DNA from: Alphaproteobacteria bacterium
GTDB taxonomy: Bacteria > Pseudomonadota > Alphaproteobacteria > UBA828
Length of the DNA: 64,000 nucleotides
Assembly (NCBI GenBank): GCA_965237415.1
Contig: CBDEFM010000002.1
Span: forward strand, 1,664,001 to 1,728,000
Direction: 5' to 3'
Shown one piece after another: positions 58,750 through 64,000 of this stretch. The first letter of the stretch is position 1. The number at the start of each line of letters is the position of its first letter. Position numbers and translations under genes: made by a program. The notes beneath the pieces are model-generated. The model was not told where the DNA came from and did not search any database. It was given only the letters and a program-made list of their open reading frames with translations.

Positions 58750-61473
58750 ATGCGCGATCGTTTCGAATTCGACCGGGTGGCCCGCGTGCCGGCAGAGGTC
58801 GACAATGTCGCGATCGCGACGCGACGCCTCGAGGCCGGCACCTCCGTTGCCGACGGCGGGGGCGAATTCCGCCTCCCCCATACCATGCTCGAAGGGCATC
58901 GCTTCGTCCGCGTGCCCGTCGAGGAGGGTGGGCGGCTCACCTCCTGGGGCCTCCCGTTCGGTGTCGCGACCCGTGCTCTGGAGCCCGGCGAGTACGTCTG
59001 CAACGACAGGATCCTGACTGCACTGGCGGCACGCGACATCGACTTCGCGCTGCCCGAAGCCGCCAACTTCGTGGACACTATCGAGACCTATGCGCTGGAT
59101 GAGGCTTGCTTCGCGCCCGGCGAGCAGGTCGCGCCTGCCGCTACCGGCGCGACCTTCGACGGCTTCCGCCGCCCCGGCGGACGCGGCGCCGGCACCCGGA
59201 ATTTCGTCGTGGTGCTGGCCACCACGTCTCGCGCCAACGGGTTCGTGCGCGCGGTCGCGGACCGGGCGGCGGCCAAGGCGCCCGCCGGGATCGACGGCGT
59301 GGTCGCGGTGACCCATACCGAAGGCGGCGGCAGCGGGCGGCTGAACAATCTGAGCCACGTGCTCAGGGTGCTCGCAGGCTTCATGGTGCATCCCAACGTG
59401 GGCGCGGTGCTTGCGGCCGACGACGGCGCGGGCGCCTACGGCAACGACGACGTGCGGCGGTTCATGGAGGACCGCGACGACCCGCTCGGCCACGTGCCAC
59501 ATGCGTTCTTTCGCATCGAGCGCGGGTTCGAGGAGGAGGTCGCCCGCGCATCCGAGCTGGTCGACGGCTGGCTGCCAGAGGTTGCCGCCGCCAAGCGCAC
59601 GCCCGAACCCGTCGGCGACCTCCGCCTCGCCCTGCAGTGCGGCGGCTCGGACGCGTTCTCCGGTGTCTCCGGCAACGCGCTCGCCGGCTGGGTGGCGAAG
59701 GAGGTCATCCGGCATGGCGGCTCCGCGAACCTGGCCGAGACCGACGAGCTGATCGGCGCGGAGCCCTACGTGCTGGAGAACGTGCGCGATGCCGCCACTG
59801 CCCGCGCGTTCCTGGAGAAGATCGAGAACTTCAAGCGCTACGCGGCGAACCACGGAGCCACAGCGGAAGGAAACCCCACGGGCGGGAACAATTTCCGCGG
59901 GCTCTACAACATCGCGCTGAAGTCTCTCGGCGCCGCCCGCAAGAAGGCCCCTGAGGTCCGGCTCGACTACGTCATCGACTACGGCGAGCCCATGCGCGCG
60001 CCCGGCTACTACTTCATGGACAGCCCGGGCAACGACCTGGAAAGCATCGCGGGCCAAGTGGCGGCAGGCTCCAACCTCATCCTCTTCATCACCGGGAACG
60101 GGTCGATCACCAACTTCCCCTTCGTGCCGACGCTCAAGTTCGTGACCACCACCGGCCGCTTCGAGTTGCTGGCGAACGAGATGGACGTGAACGCCGGCCG
60201 CTACAACGACGGCATGGAGATGGATGCGCTCGGCGCGGAGACGTTCGAGCTCGCGCTCGACATCGCCTCCGGCCAGCGCAGCAAGGGAGAGCTCGCGGGC
60301 CACGCCCAGGTCTCGGTCTGGCGCGACTGGCCGCGCACCGGCAAGGACGGGCTGGAGGAGATCGCCGGGCAGCCCGTCCCCGAGGGCCACCCGCTCACGG
60401 TGCGCGACGCCCCGCCTTTCGACCTCGCCTTCGATGCGGTGGTCACCGAAGAGGGCATCGCATCGGATCAGATCGCTCTGGTGATGCCGACGAGCCTCTG
60501 CTCCGGCCAGGTGGCCCGCCTCATCGCCGAAGAGCTCGATGCGAACCCGCCACCCTGGAGCGACGTGTCGCGCTTCGTCGCCCTCGTGCACACCGAGGGC
60601 TGCGGCTCGGCCAACGGCGCCGGCCTCTATCTCGACACGCTCACAGGCCATCTCGCGCATCGGAGCGTGCGCCACGCGGTCCTGCTGGAGCACGGCTGCG
60701 AGATGACCCACAACGACGCGGTGCGCAACCACCTCGCCGCGCGGGGCGTTGCGGCGGACCGCTTCGGCTGGGCGAGCGTGCAACTGGACGGCGGAATCGC
60801 CAGCGTGCAAGAGAAGGTGACCCGGCAGCTGGAAGAAATGGCGGCGGCCCGCGCTGGGAACGGCGACGGCGCGCCGGATGCGCCCGCCTTCGAGAGGCAA
60901 CGCGTGGGCGCGGCCGAGATACGCGTGGCCCTCGCCGCACACGGGCCGTTGGCGCCGGCGATGGGGGAGGCGTTCGGCCGGCTCGCCGTGGGCCTCGTCG
61001 CGGCCGGCGCAACCGTAGTCGTGCCCGACAACGAGGGCTTGCTGGGCAACGACGGGTTCCAGCAGGCGGTGTTCCCGGAGGGCGCCGTGCCCTCCGCCTC
61101 GCTCGCCTTCGGCCGGCCGGCGGAGCACGCCGGGTTCCACGTCATGGAGACCCCGACGGAGAATCCGGTGGAAGCGTTCGCGGGGCTGGGTGCCACAGGG
61201 GTCGACCTGATGCTCTGCCACATCGGGCAGACCCCGCTTCAGGGGCATCCCATGCTGCCCCTCGTCCAGGTGACCGCCGAAGCGGATATTGCCGCCGTGT
61301 ACGGCAGCGACCTCGACCGGGTTCTCGAGCCGCAACGGGGCATCGACGCTATCGTCGCCGAGCTCGCGGCGCTCGTGGCCGACGTTGCGTCCGGCCGCTA
61401 CCGGCCGACGCTCTGGTCGCGCGGGGTCACCGAGTTCCAGCTCACCCGCGGCCGGCTCGGCCTTTCGATGTAG
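58750..61473 (+). CDS. UxaA/GarD-family dehydratase with SAF domain and a duplicated C-terminal region
   Basis: DNVAIA, GTRNFV, HPNVGA, LQCGGSDAFSG, ETDELIGAE, GNPTGGN..GGL-like, MDSPG; second HTEGCG motif in the tail. Confidence 0.85.
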   Translation: MRDRFEFDRVARVPAEVDNVAIATRRLEAGTSVADGGGEFRLPHTMLEGHRFVRVPVEEGGRLTSWGLPFGVATRALEPGEYVCNDRILTALAARDIDFALPEAANFVDTIETYALDEACFAPGEQVAPAATGATFDGFRRPGGRGAGTRNFVVVLATTSRANGFVRAVADRAAAKAPAGIDGVVAVTHTEGGGSGRLNNLSHVLRVLAGFMVHPNVGAVLAADDGAGAYGNDDVRRFMEDRDDPLGHVPHAFFRIERGFEEEVARASELVDGWLPEVAAAKRTPEPVGDLRLALQCGGSDAFSGVSGNALAGWVAKEVIRHGGSANLAETDELIGAEPYVLENVRDAATARAFLEKIENFKRYAANHGATAEGNPTGGNNFRGLYNIALKSLGAARKKAPEVRLDYVIDYGEPMRAPGYYFMDSPGNDLESIAGQVAAGSNLILFITGNGSITNFPFVPTLKFVTTTGRFELLANEMDVNAGRYNDGMEMDALGAETFELALDIASGQRSKGELAGHAQVSVWRDWPRTGKDGLEEIAGQPVPEGHPLTVRDAPPFDLAFDAVVTEEGIASDQIALVMPTSLCSGQVARLIAEELDANPPPWSDVSRFVALVHTEGCGSANGAGLYLDTLTGHLAHRSVRHAVLLEHGCEMTHNDAVRNHLAARGVAADRFGWASVQLDGGIASVQEKVTRQLEEMAAARAGNGDGAPDAPAFERQRVGAAEIRVALAAHGPLAPAMGEAFGRLAVGLVAAGATVVVPDNEGLLGNDGFQQAVFPEGAVPSASLAFGRPAEHAGFHVMETPTENPVEAFAGLGATGVDLMLCHIGQTPLQGHPMLPLVQVTAEADIAAVYGSDLDRVLEPQRGIDAIVAELAALVADVASGRYRPTLWSRGVTEFQLTRGRLGLSM

Positions 61474-61480
61474 CGGTCGG

Positions 61481-63103
61481 GTGGCGAAACGCGTGGCAGA
61501 CCCCGCGCCGCTCGACGGCCGCTACGACTACATCATCGTCGGCGCCGGCACCGCCGGCTGCGTGCTCGCAAACCGCCTCACCGAAGATCACGGTGTCAGC
61601 GTGCTCTTGCTGGAGGCCGGCCGCAGCGACGCCTACCACTGGGTCCATATTCCGGTGGGGTATCTCTACTGTATCGGCAACCCCCGCACCGACTGGATGA
61701 TGAAGACGGCGCCGGAGCCCGGCCTCAACGGGCGCAGCCTCGTCTACCCCCGCGGCAAGGTGCTGGGCGGCTGCACCTCGGTTAACGGCATGATCTACAT
61801 GCGGGGCCAGGCGGCGGACTACGATCACTGGCGCCAGCTCGGCAACCTCGGCTGGGGGTGGGACGACGTCCTGCCCTACTTCCTGAAGTCCGAAGACCAT
61901 TACGGCGGCGCGAGCCCGATGCACGGCACCGGTGGCGGCTGGAAGGTCACCACGCAACGGCTGCGCTGGGAGATCCTCGAAGCGGTGCAGGAGGGCGCGA
62001 AGGAGTTCGGCATCCAGCCCCGCGCCGACTTCAACGACGGCGACAACGAAGGCTCGGGCTTCTTCGAGGTGAACCAGTGGAAGGGCGTGCGCTGGACCAC
62101 GGCCAGGGGGTTCCTCAGGCCGGCGATGAAGCGGCCCAATCTGCGGGTGATCCTTGAGGCCGAGACCGAGCGGCTGATCCTCGAAGGCCGCGAGGTGCGC
62201 GGCCTCGTCTACCGGCACAAGGGGGCCCGCCGCGAGGCGCGCGCCGATGGCGAGGTGCTGCTGGCCGCAGGGTCGATCAACTCACCCAAGATCCTGGAGC
62301 TTTCCGGCATCGGCCAGCCCGAACGGCTCGCCGGCCTCGGCATCGACGTGGCCCACGAATGCCCCGGCGTGGGCGAGAACCTGCAGGACCACCTGCAGAT
62401 CCGCACGGTCTTCGGCGTGCAGAACGCGCGGACGCTGAACACGCTCGCGAACAGTACCTGGGGCAAGGCGGGCATCGTGCTCGAATACGCGCTCAGGCGG
62501 AGCGGCCCGATGTCGATGGCGCCGAGCCAGTTTGGCATGTTCACGAAGTCCGACCCCGCGCTCAGCACACCCGATCTGGAGTATCACGTGCAGCCGCTTT
62601 CCACCGACCGGCTCGGCGATCCGCTCCATCCCTACCCCGCCATCACGGTCTCGGTCTGCAATTTGCGCCCCGAAAGCCGGGGAACCTGCCACGTGACCAC
62701 CACCGAACTGGCGGCGCAGCCCGAGATCAAGCCGAACTACCTCTCGACTGCGCACGACCGCCACATCGCGGTCAGCTCGGTGCAGCAGGCCCGCCGGGTC
62801 ATGACGGCGGACGCGCTGAAGCCATACGCGCCGAAGGAGCTTCTTCCCGGCCCCGAGGTGCAGTCCGACGGCGACCTCGTGAAGGAGGTCGGTAACATCG
62901 CGACCACGATCTTTCACCCCGTGGGGACGTGCAAGATGGGCCAGGACGCCGACGCAGTGGTGGACGCGGACCTGCGCGTGCACGGACTGAAGGGTCTTCG
63001 GATCGTGGATGCCTCGATCATGCCCCGGATCACGTCGGGCAACACCGCGTCCCCGGTCATCATGATCGCGGAGAAAGCCGCCGACTTGATTCGCAGGCCG
63101 TAA
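61481..63103 (+). CDS. GMC oxidoreductase (choline dehydrogenase-like)
   Basis: YDYIIVGAGTAGC, PRGKVLGG.TSVNGMIYMRG, GENLQDH, FHPVGTCKMG, GNTASP. Confidence 0.93.
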   Translation: MAKRVADPAPLDGRYDYIIVGAGTAGCVLANRLTEDHGVSVLLLEAGRSDAYHWVHIPVGYLYCIGNPRTDWMMKTAPEPGLNGRSLVYPRGKVLGGCTSVNGMIYMRGQAADYDHWRQLGNLGWGWDDVLPYFLKSEDHYGGASPMHGTGGGWKVTTQRLRWEILEAVQEGAKEFGIQPRADFNDGDNEGSGFFEVNQWKGVRWTTARGFLRPAMKRPNLRVILEAETERLILEGREVRGLVYRHKGARREARADGEVLLAAGSINSPKILELSGIGQPERLAGLGIDVAHECPGVGENLQDHLQIRTVFGVQNARTLNTLANSTWGKAGIVLEYALRRSGPMSMAPSQFGMFTKSDPALSTPDLEYHVQPLSTDRLGDPLHPYPAITVSVCNLRPESRGTCHVTTTELAAQPEIKPNYLSTAHDRHIAVSSVQQARRVMTADALKPYAPKELLPGPEVQSDGDLVKEVGNIATTIFHPVGTCKMGQDADAVVDADLRVHGLKGLRIVDASIMPRITSGNTASPVIMIAEKAADLIRRP

Positions 63104-63131
63104 CCGGTGGAGAGAAGCCTCGGCTAATCGT

Positions 63132-63636
63132 CTACAAGGCGGCGCCGCCGTCCAGGTTGATGGCCTGGCCGGTGACGTGAGGGGCGTTCACGAGATAGAG
63201 GGCGAGCGCGGCCATATCTTCCTCGGTCTGGGGTGTGCCCTGGGGAATGAAATGGTCGATGGCGCGCGCATAGACCTGCTCCGGTGTCTCTCCCGGTTCC
63301 GCAAAGGCATCGTTGAGATGTGTCCACATCTGCGTCCCCACGATGCCGGGGCAGATGCAGTTCACCGTGATGCCCTCGCGCGCGACCTCCTTGGCAAGCG
63401 CATTGGAGAATCCCACGACCGCGAACTTGGAGGCGCAATAGTGCGTGAGCGTCGCGGTGCCGAACTTGCCCGCGACCGACGAGATGTTGATGATCCGGCC
63501 GCCTCCGCCTTGCGCGCGCATCTGGATGACCGCCGCCTTGTTCACGAGGAACGTCCCCTTGGCGTTTACATCCATGATGTTGTCCCACTCCGCCTCGCTC
63601 ATCTCCTCGATCGGGCGGGCGGTGATGCCCCACATT
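63132..63636 (-). pseudogene. 5'-truncated SDR oxidoreductase
   Basis: W..MDVNAKG, IINISS, YCASKFAV, CPGIV, VTGQAINLDGG present; the Rossmann TGxxxGxG N-terminus is missing. Confidence 0.8.
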
Positions 63637-63732
63637 GCGCTGCGCCCCGTTCCTACTCTGTCGGCCGGACAGCGCCGCGCAGACCATGACCTTGGTGAGA
63701 AATGCGGGCTAAGGTTCGGAGAAAGAGAGAAT

Positions 63733-63910
63733 GAAGTGGCCGACCGCATCTGCCGGTTCGTGAATGCAGTCGGCGACCGCGCGCGCGATCGCCGGTTGCG
63801 ACTGCGGCTTCTCGACCTTCGCCGGCTGGGTGATGGTGCCGGCGGACGTGGCGTGGAAGAAGATGCAGATGCTCACGGACGGCGCCTGCCGGGCAAGCGA
63901 TCGCCTCTAG
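63733..63910 (+). pseudogene. C-terminal fragment of a cobalamin-independent methionine synthase II (MetE-like) family protein, frameshifted
   Basis: Own translation: EVADRICRFVNAVGDR..(shift)..IAGCDCGFSTFAGWVMVPADVAWKKMQMLTDGA..ASDRL*. Confidence 0.7.
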
Positions 63911-64000
63911 TGAACACGCGACGCTCGAATCGGGCCGGGTAGCCGATGGACGCGAGAGTGCTCGAACCATAGATTGGCGGCTTGGCGGAGACGGCCGACA

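Overview
High-GC bacterial chromosomal window, probably alphaproteobacterial (inferred from the AapJ/BztA-type binding protein, the Dpp/Liv operons and the repeat style). It is dense in catabolic and transport genes: an SCP2-type thiolase, a lone soluble di-iron monooxygenase beta subunit, a 4-subunit xanthine-dehydrogenase-family enzyme, class III aminotransferases, a Rieske oxygenase, an amidase, an LLM monooxygenase, a deacetylase/CobW operon, hydantoinase B, UxaA and a GMC oxidoreductase. It also carries 4 tRNAs (Lys-TTT, Ser-GCT, Gly-CCC, Val-CAC), a wzm/wzt/GT2 glycan patch and three IS elements. The most distinctive object is a 2268-bp IS1-family element (13769-16036) with terminal IRs and an 8-bp target duplication. 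It carries four tightly coupled small unknown genes and, upstream of them, a 9-bp G-rich tandem array that reads as a (Gly-Asn-Leu)9 micro-ORF. A second theme is genome erosion: several apparent in-frame deletion chimeras (DppD::acyl-CoA ligase, hydrolase::FAD oxidase, a doubly deleted mini alcohol dehydrogenase), truncated fragments, and homopolymer frameshifts that could also be sequencing errors. All product calls come from motif recognition by eye; no database searches were run.
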